NCBI GenBank assembly: GCA_034437275.1 | Contig: DAOTUD010000185.1 | Coordinates: 17,702-81,701, forward strand | Length of the DNA stretch: 64,000 bases | Direction of reading: 5' to 3' | Origin: Anaerolineae bacterium | Lineage (GTDB): Bacteria; Chloroflexota; Anaerolineae; Aggregatilineales; Aggregatilineaceae | Shown: positions 45,837 through 55,933 of the stretch, in pieces | Layout: every line of letters begins with the position of its first letter | Numbering within the stretch: position 1 is the stretch's first letter | Notes under the pieces: generated by a model | The model's input: only the letters and a program-made list of their open reading frames with translations | The model's database searches: none | What the model was told of the DNA's origin: nothing | Translations under genes and position numbers: made by a program

Positions 45837-47048
45837 CTACATATTCGGTGTTTTTATCGGCAGCAGGACCTTGAAGGCGCTGCCGGGGAGTTTTTCCTCG
45901 TTATACCCTTCGCTTTCGACCCACACCATGCCGCCGTGCGCTTCGACCGCGCCCTTGACCAGCGCCAACCCTAACCCCGGGCCACCGCCCTTGAACGACG
46001 TCCGGCCCGACGAATGCAGCGCGACCTGCCCGATCTGGTAGAACTTCTCGAAAATGGCGGAGTGGTGCTTCGGTTCGATGCCGATGCCGGTGTCCTGGAC
46101 CATAATCGCGACTGCTTCGCCCAGCCCTTCGACATCCGTCGTCCAGTACGTGATCGTGATCTCGCCGCCGTCGGGCGTGTACTTGATGGCGTTGACCAAC
46201 AGTTGGTAGAACACCTTGTACATCATGTTGGGGTCGGCTTCGATGTAGGGGACGTCGCCGATGCGCTTGATGTGCAGCGTCAGGTTGCGCTCATCCAGGG
46301 AGGCGCTGAAGGCTTTCTTCAACTCGGTCAGGATGCTCTGCAGCAGCACCGGCACGTGCGACACCTGGAGTGATTCGCTGTCCAGCTTGGTGATATCCAG
46401 CATACTGTTGACGATCTCGTGCAGCCGGGTGGTGCCGCGCACAATGCCTTCGACCACTTCCACCAGCGAGGTAGTGCCCTGGATCACGCCGCTGTTGCGC
46501 AGCACATCCGCATAGCCTTGAATGACGGTCAGCGGGGTGCGCAGTTCGTGCGCCGCGATCTCGATGAAGTCCAGCTTGGCTTTGTCCAGGCGGGCGAGTG
46601 TCTGGTAAGCGTCGCGCAGATCGGAGAGCGCGGTCTGGTCGTTGGCGCGCAGGCGGTCGAAGGTGATGCGCACCATCCGCCAGGCCAGGCTGGGGCTGGA
46701 GGCCATCAGGTGCTCGAACACGTCGCGGTCGAACTCCAGCACGGTCGTGTCGCGCGTGGTGCGCACATTAGCCGAACGCGGCGCATCCTGGATCAACGCC
46801 ATCTCGCCAAAGAATTCACCCGCCCCGCTGTGCCGCAGCACACGCTCTTCGGCCCCTTCAAAATGCTTGGTGATCGCTACCTCGCCGGACACGATCAGGT
46901 AAAAAACGTACTCGTAAGCCCCTTCCTTGCAGATCAACGTGTTGGGCGGATAGGTCTTGATGCGGACCAGGTCCGCGATCTCTTGCAGTGTATTCGATTC
47001 CAGGTCAGGAAAAGCATCCTGGAGCGTTTGAATGACATTGACTTCCAT
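45837..47048 (-). CDS. Cyclic-nucleotide-binding domain fused to histidine kinase (soluble)
   Basis: Start at MEVNVIQ, after a GGGAGG RBS. cNMP motif FGEMALIQDAPRSANVRT. H-box AAHELRTPLT, and G-boxes DTGIGI and GPGLGLAL. Confidence 0.85.
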   Translation of the reverse strand: MEVNVIQTLQDAFPDLESNTLQEIADLVRIKTYPPNTLICKEGAYEYVFYLIVSGEVAITKHFEGAEERVLRHSGAGEFFGEMALIQDAPRSANVRTTRDTTVLEFDRDVFEHLMASSPSLAWRMVRITFDRLRANDQTALSDLRDAYQTLARLDKAKLDFIEIAAHELRTPLTVIQGYADVLRNSGVIQGTTSLVEVVEGIVRGTTRLHEIVNSMLDITKLDSESLQVSHVPVLLQSILTELKKAFSASLDERNLTLHIKRIGDVPYIEADPNMMYKVFYQLLVNAIKYTPDGGEITITYWTTDVEGLGEAVAIMVQDTGIGIEPKHHSAIFEKFYQIGQVALHSSGRTSFKGGGPGLGLALVKGAVEAHGGMVWVESEGYNEEKLPGSAFKVLLPIKTPNM

Positions 47049-47188
47049 GACTTGCCTCCCGCAGCGTTCTTGCGCGCAGTGTAGCACACTTGGCGCGTTG
47101 GCAATAGTGAACCGTCCCCTTACCAAGACAAAACGCGGGACCAACCTGGCCCCGCGCATTATCCATACCGGCGTGCGAGCCGACCAGA

Positions 47189-49192
47189 TTATGCCTGCCC
47201 CAACAGCGCCTGTACCCGCGCGACGACGTGCTCGGGTGTCAGGCCGAACTGCTGGAAAATATCCTTGTACGGAGCCGACGCGCCGAAGCGGTCGACGCCC
47301 ACAATCGCGCCCTGCGTGCCGACCCAGCGCTGCCAGCCGGACGTGACGCCGGCCTCGATGGCGACGCGCGCCGTGATGTTGGGCGGCAGCACCGAGTCCT
47401 GGTAGTTCTGGCTCTGGCGTGCGAAGCGTTCCCAGCTTGGCATACTGACCACGCGCGCGGCGATGCCCTTTTGCGCCAGCAGTTTCTTGGCATCCAGCGC
47501 GAGGTGCACCTCAGAGCCGGTGGCGATCAGGATCACGTCGATCTGCTCGCCTTCGACATCGGTCAGGACATACGCGCCCCGGTCGACGCCGCCGGTGATC
47601 TTCACGACCTGCGCGGCATCGAACACCGGCACCTTCTGCCGGGTGAGCGCGATCACGGTCGGGTGGTCGCGGTTCTGGATCGCACAGCGCCACGCGGCAG
47701 CCGTCTCGTTAGCATCCGCCGGGCGAATGACCTCCATGTGCGGGATCAGGCGCAGCGACATGATCTGCTCGACCGGCTGGTGTGTCGGGCCATCTTCGCC
47801 CAGCCCCACGCTGTCATGCGAGAAGACGAAAATCGGGGCAAAGTGGCTCAGGGCCGCCAGCCGCATCGCCGGGCGCATGTAGTCCGAGAAGACAAGGAAA
47901 GTGGCGCTGTACGGGATCAGGCCGCCATGCGCCGCCATGCCGTTCACGATGCCGCCCATCGCGTGCTCGCGGACGCCAAAACGAAGGTTGCGCTGGTCGT
48001 AGTGCCCGGCCTGGAAGTCATCATCGCTGTCAATATAGGTTTTGGTGGACGAATCCAGGTCCGCCGCGCCGCCGATCAGGCCCGGCAGGTGCGGCGTCAG
48101 GGCATTGATGACTTTGTTCGAGGCGTTGCGCGTGGCCAGCTGGTCGTCGTTGAAGACCGGAATGTCACGGTCCCACCCTTCGGGCAGTTCGCCGGCCATC
48201 ATGTGCTGCCAGTCGGCGGCCTGCTCGGGGTTGGCGGCGGCCCACTTGTCCCACATCGCCTGCCATTCGGCCTGCCACGCCTTGCCGCGCTCGACCGCCT
48301 GCCGGAAGTGCTCGCGCACGTCGTCCGGTACGAGGAAGGTCGGTTCCTGGGGCCAGCCGAGGGCGTCTTTGGTCAGCGCGACTTCCTCCTCGCCCAGTGC
48401 CGAGCCGTGTGCTTTGGCGGTGCCGGCTTTGTTCGGGCTGCCGTAGCCGATGGTGGTCGTGACCATCAGCAGCGAGGGGCGCTCGGTTTCGTCGCGGGCG
48501 GCCTGGATCGCGTGCTCGATGGCGTCCAGGTCGTTGCCGTCCTCGACGCTCAGCACATGCCAACCGTAGGCCTCGAAGCGCTGCGCGACATCCTCGGTGA
48601 AGGCCATCTCGGTGCTGCCGTCGAGCGACACGGAGTTATTGTCGAACAGGTAGATCAGCTTGCCGAGCTTGAGATGCCCGGCCAGCGAGGCCGCCTCGGC
48701 AGCGACGCCCTCCATCAGGTCGCCGTCGCTGACGAGCGCGTAGATGTAATGGTCCATGACGGCGTGCGCGCCGGTGTTGAAACGCGCGGCGAGATGCGCC
48801 TCAGCGATGGCCATCCCGACCCCGTTGGCGAAGCCCTGGCCCAGCGGGCCGGTCGTCGTCTCGACGCCTGGCGTCAGGCCGTATTCGGGGTGGCCGGGCG
48901 TGATGCTGTCCCACTGGCGGAACTGCTTGATCTGCTCCATCGGCAGGTCGTAGCCAGTCAGGTGCAGCAGCGCGTACAGCAGCATCGAGCCGTGCCCGGC
49001 GGACAGCACAAACCGGTCGCGGTCGATCCAGTCTGGATCGTTGGGGTTGTGCTTCAAAAAGCGCGTCCACAACACATACGCCATCGGTGCGGCTCCCAGC
49101 GGCAAGCCGGGATGCCCGGAGTTGGCCTTCTGAACCGCGTCAATTGACAGGGTTCGGAGCGTGTTAATACATTTCTGGTCAAGATCAGACAT
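47189..49192 (-). CDS. tkt: Transketolase
   Basis: 667 aa. Motifs [21 protein letters not shown] (TPP motif), [15 protein letters not shown]. Confidence 0.95.
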   Translation of the reverse strand: MSDLDQKCINTLRTLSIDAVQKANSGHPGLPLGAAPMAYVLWTRFLKHNPNDPDWIDRDRFVLSAGHGSMLLYALLHLTGYDLPMEQIKQFRQWDSITPGHPEYGLTPGVETTTGPLGQGFANGVGMAIAEAHLAARFNTGAHAVMDHYIYALVSDGDLMEGVAAEAASLAGHLKLGKLIYLFDNNSVSLDGSTEMAFTEDVAQRFEAYGWHVLSVEDGNDLDAIEHAIQAARDETERPSLLMVTTTIGYGSPNKAGTAKAHGSALGEEEVALTKDALGWPQEPTFLVPDDVREHFRQAVERGKAWQAEWQAMWDKWAAANPEQAADWQHMMAGELPEGWDRDIPVFNDDQLATRNASNKVINALTPHLPGLIGGAADLDSSTKTYIDSDDDFQAGHYDQRNLRFGVREHAMGGIVNGMAAHGGLIPYSATFLVFSDYMRPAMRLAALSHFAPIFVFSHDSVGLGEDGPTHQPVEQIMSLRLIPHMEVIRPADANETAAAWRCAIQNRDHPTVIALTRQKVPVFDAAQVVKITGGVDRGAYVLTDVEGEQIDVILIATGSEVHLALDAKKLLAQKGIAARVVSMPSWERFARQSQNYQDSVLPPNITARVAIEAGVTSGWQRWVGTQGAIVGVDRFGASAPYKDIFQQFGLTPEHVVARVQALLGQA

Positions 49193-49321
49193 GATATCCT
49201 TCCAAGATTATGCGTGCTTTTCCCCTATCAATTGTAGCAGGCTCGTAGAGAGTGCGCATAAAAACGGCTTGTGTGTTAAGCTAGAAGCTCGCGATTAGCG
49301 CAGTATACAGGTGTTGGACAA

Positions 49322-49954
49322 ATGAGTGATAACCCTGAAGAAACTTACGATATCGACGAGCTTGAAGCTTATTGCATGACGTGCCGCCAAAAAACGCCGG
49401 TGGCGAACCCGGAGCCGATCTGGACCCGGCGCGGCGCACCCGGTACCCGCGGCACCTGTGCGGAGTGTGGAACGACGGTTTTTGTGATGGGCTGGACGAA
49501 CGCCCACGCGCGACTCAAACGGCCCGAACCGGTGCGTGTCTCCGAAGGCGCGCCGCGCGGCGGGCGCAAGATTCCCCACGACGTGACCTACATCAATTAC
49601 AGCGTGTCCGACGTAGACTTCGTCACCCGGCTGGCCGAAGACCTGAATCGAATTGGCATCCAGACCTGGCTGGCCGAAAGCAACGTGAAGGGCGTCCAGT
49701 GGGCGACCGGCGTGCATCCGGCCCTGGTTGAATGCAAACACATGATCGTGGTGCTCTCGTCGTTTGGCATCAAAGCCACCAACGTTACCGAAGCGTTGGA
49801 TTATTTCCTGGAAACCGGCAAGCCGATTGTGGTTGTCCAGGTCGAGCAGGACGCCGAGGTACCCGACGAATTACGCCGTAAACCCCGGTTCGACTTTTCC
49901 GGGGACAACTACAAATCCGCATTCCGCGAACTGGTCCAGGTGCTGACCGGCTAA
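49322..49954 (+). CDS. Zinc-ribbon (CxxC...CxxC) fused to a TIR domain
   Basis: N-terminus YCMTCRQK-x22-CAECGTTVF. The C-terminus aligns by eye along the whole TIR_2 consensus: VTYINYS..VTRLAEDLNRIGIQTWLA...HMIVVLSS...NVTEAL...GKPIVVV. Confidence 0.75.
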   Translation: MSDNPEETYDIDELEAYCMTCRQKTPVANPEPIWTRRGAPGTRGTCAECGTTVFVMGWTNAHARLKRPEPVRVSEGAPRGGRKIPHDVTYINYSVSDVDFVTRLAEDLNRIGIQTWLAESNVKGVQWATGVHPALVECKHMIVVLSSFGIKATNVTEALDYFLETGKPIVVVQVEQDAEVPDELRRKPRFDFSGDNYKSAFRELVQVLTG

Positions 49955-50985
49955 TAGGCGCGCCGGATCAAAAAGGCGGCATACTCCTGGATCAGGTCCT
50001 GTGTGTCGTTGCTGATCCCGGTGCAGTCGAGGCTGTCGAGCGCGGTGTCGTAATACTGGCGCGCGATGGTGTCGGTGTGTGTGGCCGCATCCACCCGCCC
50101 CAGGATTGCCAGTACCGCCTCGATATCCGCCTCGGTGAGCGCGTCTTGCGCATAAAGGCGCTGGAGCTGCTCCCGGTCTTGCGGCGCGGCGCGTGCAAAC
50201 GTAACCAGCACCGGATAGGACTTCTTCTTTTCACGGATATCGCTGGTGGCCGATTTGCCGGTCGTGGCCTGGTCGCCCCACACGCCCAGGTAATCGTCGC
50301 GTATCTGAAACGCGACCCCCAGGTTGCGCGCAAAACTCCCATACGCCTCGACCACCGCCGGATCGTCGGTGCTCAGCAGCGCGCCGATCTTGGCGGCGGC
50401 TTCGATGAGCGTCGCCGACTTGTTGGTGATCATGGTGATGTATTCGTCCGGCGATACCTGCGCGCGCTCCTCGAAGTCAATGTCGAGAATCTGCCCTTCG
50501 CACATCCAGACACACGCCTGAGCGAGCACCCGGCTGACCTGCACGACTTTGGCCGGGGGCGTGCCAGCTTCGAGCAGGCGCGTGGTGGCCAGGTTCGCCA
50601 GCGAGAACAACCCATCCCCGGCATTGATCGCCTGCGCCTTGCCCCACCGCGTCCAGACGGTCGGGCGGTGCCGGCGTTCCGGGGAATTGTCCATCACATC
50701 ATCGTGAATCAGCGTGAAGTTGTGGATCATTTCCAGCGCCGCGCCCGCCGGCAGCACGTGGCGATAGCCCCCGCTGATCGCCTGGGCGATCAGGGCCATC
50801 AGCAGCGGACGAATCTTCTTGCCGGACACGCGGCGGGCCTGGGCGTCGTCTTCCAGGTCCCAACCAAACTGGTAGTCGATGATCTGCCACAGGATTGGCG
50901 CGATGACGGTCTGCTCCTGGCGAATGGCGCGCAGTTCGGCGTCGATGTTGGCGATAATGGGGCCAAACGCTTCACGATATCCCAT
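49951..50985 (-). CDS. Polyprenyl diphosphate synthase (trans-isoprenyl, GGPP/long-chain type)
   Basis: Start at MGYREAF, after an AAGGAG RBS. First DDxxD motif LIHDDVMDNS, second FQIRDDYLG. Confidence 0.85.
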   Translation of the reverse strand: MGYREAFGPIIANIDAELRAIRQEQTVIAPILWQIIDYQFGWDLEDDAQARRVSGKKIRPLLMALIAQAISGGYRHVLPAGAALEMIHNFTLIHDDVMDNSPERRHRPTVWTRWGKAQAINAGDGLFSLANLATTRLLEAGTPPAKVVQVSRVLAQACVWMCEGQILDIDFEERAQVSPDEYITMITNKSATLIEAAAKIGALLSTDDPAVVEAYGSFARNLGVAFQIRDDYLGVWGDQATTGKSATSDIREKKKSYPVLVTFARAAPQDREQLQRLYAQDALTEADIEAVLAILGRVDAATHTDTIARQYYDTALDSLDCTGISNDTQDLIQEYAAFLIRRAY

Positions 50986-51093
50986 ATCGTTTTCTCCTTC
51001 GTGAGTACAGCATACCATCTATTGTAACTGTTTTTGCGGGAACGAGCGCAGCTCCCAACAATGCAGGGGTGCCCCAACCATCTTCTGAAGGTT

Positions 51094-51126
51094 TTGACAG
51101 GGTTTAGCACCCTACAACCCTGTCAA
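51094..51126. repeat. Perfect 11-bp inverted repeat
   Basis: ttgacagggtt-N11-aaccctgtcaa, immediately next to the recombinase remnant. Confidence 0.6.
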
Positions 51127-51132
51127 TGGCGG

Positions 51133-51628
51133 TTACCCCGTTCGTGGAAAATCATCGATTCTCCCAGCGGGGTTTTTGCGTTTCTGACCCCGGAGCAGCT
51201 CGGCAGCGGCATGCAAATCCTCATCTGCCGCGCAGTAGCCCATGGTTGTGGACACATTGGCATGGCTGAGATAGACCTGGATCACGGTCGGCAAAACGCG
51301 GGCACGCCTGGCACGCTGGCTGTCAGGCAGCACAGTAGAACTGCGCAGAATCATCAAAACGACCGTCAGCACTGACGAACTCCCCCTGATGATCGCCCTC
51401 GAAAAGGAGCGCAGCATCCCGCGCAGCACCGTGAAAGGCTGACTCAGCAGCAGTTTGATTTCTAGCGCGGGCGGGTGTGTCAATCGCTGACGGCGGCTGG
51501 TGGCGGGTCTTCCGCCATGAGACGCCGCAGGAAATGCAGTGCCCACCGTCCCTGCCTGCCGCGACAACATCGTCCGTGAACTGCGTGACAACCTTTAGTT
51601 CCGCATCAGACACAAACCGGCATACCAC
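51133..51628 (-). pseudogene. Degenerate, frameshifted tyrosine recombinase (phage-integrase family), C-terminal fragment
   Basis: The end of ORF 51133-51591 reads ...VIQVYLSHANVSTTMGYCAADEDL, matching the LGHxxxxTTxxYxH catalytic-Tyr region. Upstream similarity is spread over overlapping frames (ORF 51323-51628), and no intact N-terminal domain is present. Confidence 0.5.
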
Positions 51629-51968
51629 CCGTGGACCACCCGACCAGCATATCCCCGCCAGTGTGTTTTTGACAAACAGATCGACGAAGATGTCCGGCTC
51701 GGCAGCAGCGGCGAGCGGTTTAAGTCAGCCAATATCCTTAAATAAGACCCATCGAAGGCAGCTTGCGCCAAAAGCGTTACAAAGCTGATTTGGACCGTTC
51801 ATTCCTGCACGGCCTACTGGCTCAGATTTGATGCGGTTGCCCTGCTAGACAGGATCGCTGCGTTGCACTTTTTTTTGTTTGCTCCCATAATCAGATTTAA
51901 GCATACAATGGCGCATCTCTGGTCTGGTGGTGGATGGATACCGCTTCTTTAACATAAGGAGAACATAG

Positions 51969-53057
51969 ATGATGTTTGGCAGAGTCCTAGTCATTATCGG
52001 CCTGGTGTGCACACTGGGTCTGTCTGCCAGTTGGGCGCTGGCACAGGGCGATCCGCAGCTGCTTACCTATGGGCAAACGCGGAACGGCAGCATGACAGAA
52101 GGCGGGCAGGTAGACGCATATGCGTTCGAGGGCACAGCCGGCGATATGGCTGTGATCACGATGCGCAGCCTCAATCCAGACAGTCAATTAAATTTCAATC
52201 CGTTTGTTAGCTTGTTCGGACCGAATGGTAACGAGATCGCCAGTGATGACGACAGCGCGGGCGCGTTCGATGCGCGTATTATTGTCCGGCTGCCTGTCGA
52301 TGGACAATATACCTTCGAGGCGCGGGTTTCGGATCGCGGAGTTGATCCCACTGGAAATTACGTAGTGGGGATCGACAAGCTCGATGCCACTATGCTGGCG
52401 TACGGTGACATCGTAAGCGGGCAAATTCAGCAGGATGAGCAAGAAGTGTATTACCTGTTCGAGGGACAGGCGGGGGACGCGATCGCGGTTGAAATGCGCG
52501 CTGCCGAACCGTATGTCGCTTACGCTGCCAATAACTTCGATCCTGCTCTCCGCTTGCTAGGTCCGGGCGGCATCCTGCTAGATAGTGACAACGATTCTGG
52601 TGCGCTGGCCGATGCTGTAATCATGTTTGTGCTCCCTGAAGATGGGTTGTATACGATTCTCGCAACGGCTAACCATGCGCCCAGCGCGTATACGTTGTTG
52701 CTAGGGCCAGCCCCGCTACTGGAACCAGGCCAGGTCGTGGTCGCGCCGGCATTAACCTGGCGCACACAGAGCACGTATGGTGTGCGTGCCGAACCGGGCG
52801 ACACCATCAACCTAGTGATCCACACAATAGACCCGGTAGCTGCAAACTTCAAGAGCGAGGTGCTGATCAGAAATAATCACGGCACATTGGTCGCCGAAGC
52901 CTTTGGACAGGGAATGGCTAAATTGAACGTAACGCTGCCAGAACCGAGCTTTGCGTCATCCAGCGGTTACGACGCGGGCATCTATCTGGTACAGGTAGGC
53001 AATGATAACGAAGACTCGACAGGCAGCGTAGCGATCATGTTGGAGAGTGTGCAATGA
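51969..53057 (+). CDS. Secreted protein made of pre-peptidase C-terminal (PPC)-like repeats
   Basis: Signal peptide. At least two clear modules of the type YGQ..G.....D.Y.FEG.AGD...I.M...-(N)FDP.L.L.GP.G......D.DSG...A.I...LP.DG.YT(I/F). Confidence 0.65.
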   Translation: MMFGRVLVIIGLVCTLGLSASWALAQGDPQLLTYGQTRNGSMTEGGQVDAYAFEGTAGDMAVITMRSLNPDSQLNFNPFVSLFGPNGNEIASDDDSAGAFDARIIVRLPVDGQYTFEARVSDRGVDPTGNYVVGIDKLDATMLAYGDIVSGQIQQDEQEVYYLFEGQAGDAIAVEMRAAEPYVAYAANNFDPALRLLGPGGILLDSDNDSGALADAVIMFVLPEDGLYTILATANHAPSAYTLLLGPAPLLEPGQVVVAPALTWRTQSTYGVRAEPGDTINLVIHTIDPVAANFKSEVLIRNNHGTLVAEAFGQGMAKLNVTLPEPSFASSSGYDAGIYLVQVGNDNEDSTGSVAIMLESVQ

Positions 53058-54913
53058 AGCGTTTACTACTCATCGGTTTAGTTTGCAGTGCGCTGCTGCT
53101 GGTGGCGCTGGCGGTGTTGGCCCAGGATGGCGGGGAGATCCGCTACGGGGATCGGGTTTTCGCAACATTTACCGGCCCCGAGCAGGCCCATGTATATACC
53201 TTCACAGGTGGGACCGGAGACAAGGTGTATATTCGCGCCGAGGTCCAGGACGTAACTGCTGTGCTGGAGGGACAGGTTGGGCTTTCGCTCGATGCAACGC
53301 TGACCGCGCCTGATGGTAGTTCGGTTAGCGTGGACAAACGACAAGACACGTTCGGGCATGTGCTCCTGGATGGAACGCTGCTGGCAGATGGAACGTATAC
53401 ACTGACCATTATCAACGTTACCAAAACCGGCGAGTATAAGCTGGCGTTGGATGCTCATCGGGCAGATGCCATCATCGTTGAAGGTGACAGCGATGCTCAA
53501 CCGGCTGATGATCCGCCGGATATACCGGCTGAGGTCAACATCCCCCAGACACCGCTTATGCCGGGCACAATCCTGGCGTATGGCGAAGGCGGTACCGGCA
53601 CAATTGCGGCTGTCGAAGAGCGTGACATGTATACCTTCACCGGCAGCGAAGGTGATATTGTGCGAATCACCATGATGCATATTGAGGGCTACTCAACCGA
53701 CGTTGGCTTCGACCCTTTGCTGCGCTTGTTGGCTCCGGACGGAACCGAATTGATCAAGCGTAACACGCAGCCCAATGAATTCCTGGATGCTCAGATCATC
53801 TACCAGCTGCCTGCCAATGGCACCTATACCATTGTGGCGCAGGACTTCCTGGCATTGGGGCGAGGCAAGTACGGTTTGCTGCTGGATACCGGCACACAGG
53901 TTATGCTCGATGCAATACCCGCCACAATGCCCGATGATGGCGTGCTAGCACTGGACGGCGAGCCGGTTGTGGGCGAGATCACCGACTACGGCATGCCGCT
54001 AGAAGCAACATTCCAGGGAGCCGCCGGGCAGGATGTGCGGATTGCGATGGATGAGTTCGACTACAGCGGCATCGATCCGCTGCTGATTCTGCTGACTCCA
54101 GATGGCAGCGAACTCGCCCGCGATGACGATTCCGGTGGCGGCCTAAAAAACAACAACGCCGTGATTGTGGCGAACTTGCCGGTTGACGGCACCTATACGA
54201 TTGTCATGACCACCGGCATTACCAGTACGGATTACCTGACCGGCCCGATTGGTTTGTTCATACTGACGGTAGAACAGTCCACCAGTGCGACTTCTGGCGC
54301 TGAGTTCGTTGTCGAAGGGCTGAGCGCCAGCGAGCAGCAAGCCTTCCCATTGGATGGTGCGGCGGGGCGTGTAGTGGTGATCCAGGTTGAGCCGCAAACC
54401 GACGTTATGCCACAAGTTGGCGTCTATACCCAGGATGAACAATTGATCGCAGAAACTGTCGGTAACAAGACCTCCTATACGTTTACGGTGATGCTGCCGG
54501 ATGATGATCTGTACCTTTTGCGGGTAAGTGCCAGATATGGCACATCAGATGATCGTGTTGCGGTGCGGATTGTTTACCAGGGCGATGATCTAGTCGAAGC
54601 GGGCGTACCGGCCATTGATGAGGCAGCTATCACGGCAGCGCTGGCCGAAGCCGAAGCCCAAATTGAAGCACAGCAGCCGCCTGAATGTACTGCTACGGTG
54701 GCAAGTGGTGCGAATCTGCGCGGGGGGCCAGGCACCACTTACGCGGTGGTAGCTGGCGCTGCAGCAGGAGACATGCTGCGTGTGACAGGGCAGAATGCCG
54801 CCGGAGACTGGTACCAGCTGCAGATACCAGGCATTGAAACGGCCTGGATCGCGTCATTCCTGGTCAGCGAGCCGGCCTGTCCGGCGGATTTCACCTTGCC
54901 GGTTGTGGAATAA
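53054..54913 (+). CDS. Secreted multi-PPC-repeat protein with C-terminal SH3b-like domain
   Basis: ATGA overlap with the upstream gene. Signal peptide and four or more PPC-like modules. C-terminus [22 protein letters not shown]...[18 protein letters not shown] is typical bacterial SH3. Confidence 0.65.
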   Translation: MKRLLLIGLVCSALLLVALAVLAQDGGEIRYGDRVFATFTGPEQAHVYTFTGGTGDKVYIRAEVQDVTAVLEGQVGLSLDATLTAPDGSSVSVDKRQDTFGHVLLDGTLLADGTYTLTIINVTKTGEYKLALDAHRADAIIVEGDSDAQPADDPPDIPAEVNIPQTPLMPGTILAYGEGGTGTIAAVEERDMYTFTGSEGDIVRITMMHIEGYSTDVGFDPLLRLLAPDGTELIKRNTQPNEFLDAQIIYQLPANGTYTIVAQDFLALGRGKYGLLLDTGTQVMLDAIPATMPDDGVLALDGEPVVGEITDYGMPLEATFQGAAGQDVRIAMDEFDYSGIDPLLILLTPDGSELARDDDSGGGLKNNNAVIVANLPVDGTYTIVMTTGITSTDYLTGPIGLFILTVEQSTSATSGAEFVVEGLSASEQQAFPLDGAAGRVVVIQVEPQTDVMPQVGVYTQDEQLIAETVGNKTSYTFTVMLPDDDLYLLRVSARYGTSDDRVAVRIVYQGDDLVEAGVPAIDEAAITAALAEAEAQIEAQQPPECTATVASGANLRGGPGTTYAVVAGAAAGDMLRVTGQNAAGDWYQLQIPGIETAWIASFLVSEPACPADFTLPVVE

Positions 54914-55153
54914 TTGCATTCAGGTAGTTGGTTACGTCAAATCGTAGATCGAATGGACCAGTGCGCTGTCGGAACGTGCTCGGGGGTATCATCCGTGACT
55001 ACTGCCGCGACGCTGTGTAGGGGAAAACTGGCGCATCTACAAGGTTTTTTGAGACTACGCCCCGAAGTGTCTCATATTCCTGAATAGGCGACACACCAGC
55101 ACAGTTACGTGGGGGAAAATCCTGCGCAGATGAACCAAATAGCCTGCACAAGT

Positions 55154-55921
55154 TCATTTCCCGCCATCCACGCTCAGAACCTGCCCTGTGATCCAACTCG
55201 CATACTCCGAGGCGAAAAAGAGCACACTGAACGCGATGTCCTCGGGTGTTCCTAGACGCTTGAGCGCAATCCGTTCGATCAGCGCGCGCTGCCCTGCTTC
55301 ACCGTATGATTGCCATTGGCGCTCTGTCGCCGGGTTGCTGCGCACAAAACCGGGCGCAATATTGTTTACGGTGATGTTCCAGGGGCCGAGTTCGTGAGCA
55401 AGCTGGCGTGTCAGGTTCACCTGTGCTGCTTTAGCCGCTGCATATGCCTGAATGCCAGTGAGACTTATCCCGAGTCCGGCCCCGCTGGAGATATTGATTA
55501 TGCGCCCCTGCTGGGCGGCTTTCATGCCGGGTACAACCGCCTGGCTGAATAAAAACGCCCCGGTAACATTCACATCAAAGATGCCCTGCCACTCTTCCAA
55601 GGTGACATCTTCCACAGGTTTTCCAACTTGGCCCAGGACACCACCGGCATTATTGACCAGAATGTCGATACTTGTATGTCTGTCGAGTGCTTCTGCTACG
55701 AAGGCCGTGACCTGCTCGCGGCGGGCAACATCCACTGTACGCACTTCGCACGCTCCACCGGCGTCCAGGCATAACTGACGCGTTTCTTGCAGTTCATCAC
55801 GGAGAATATCACAGGCCCACACCATTGCACTGCGACGTGCGAATTCAAGGCTGATCTGGCGACCAAACCCATGTGCTGCTCCAGTGACGATCGCGGTTTT
55901 GCCAGGAAATTCAATATTCAT
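55154..55921 (-). CDS. SDR-family oxidoreductase (FabG-like)
   Basis: TGAAHGFG cofactor motif, NNAG, and the catalytic YAAAKAA (YxxxK). Confidence 0.8.
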   Translation of the reverse strand: MNIEFPGKTAIVTGAAHGFGRQISLEFARRSAMVWACDILRDELQETRQLCLDAGGACEVRTVDVARREQVTAFVAEALDRHTSIDILVNNAGGVLGQVGKPVEDVTLEEWQGIFDVNVTGAFLFSQAVVPGMKAAQQGRIINISSGAGLGISLTGIQAYAAAKAAQVNLTRQLAHELGPWNITVNNIAPGFVRSNPATERQWQSYGEAGQRALIERIALKRLGTPEDIAFSVLFFASEYASWITGQVLSVDGGK

Positions 55922-55933
55922 AATATCCCCCGT

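Noticed and set aside
44263-49147. Antisense ORFs 44263-45192 and 47228-49147
   Set aside because: They lie opposite the CoA-transferase B-like gene and transketolase, with no motifs and biased Arg/Gly composition.
54914-55153. Hairpin gagact-N12-gtctc and nearby T-run, considered as a terminator between the PPC gene and the SDR gene
   Set aside because: The stem is short and neither orientation has a convincing U-tail.
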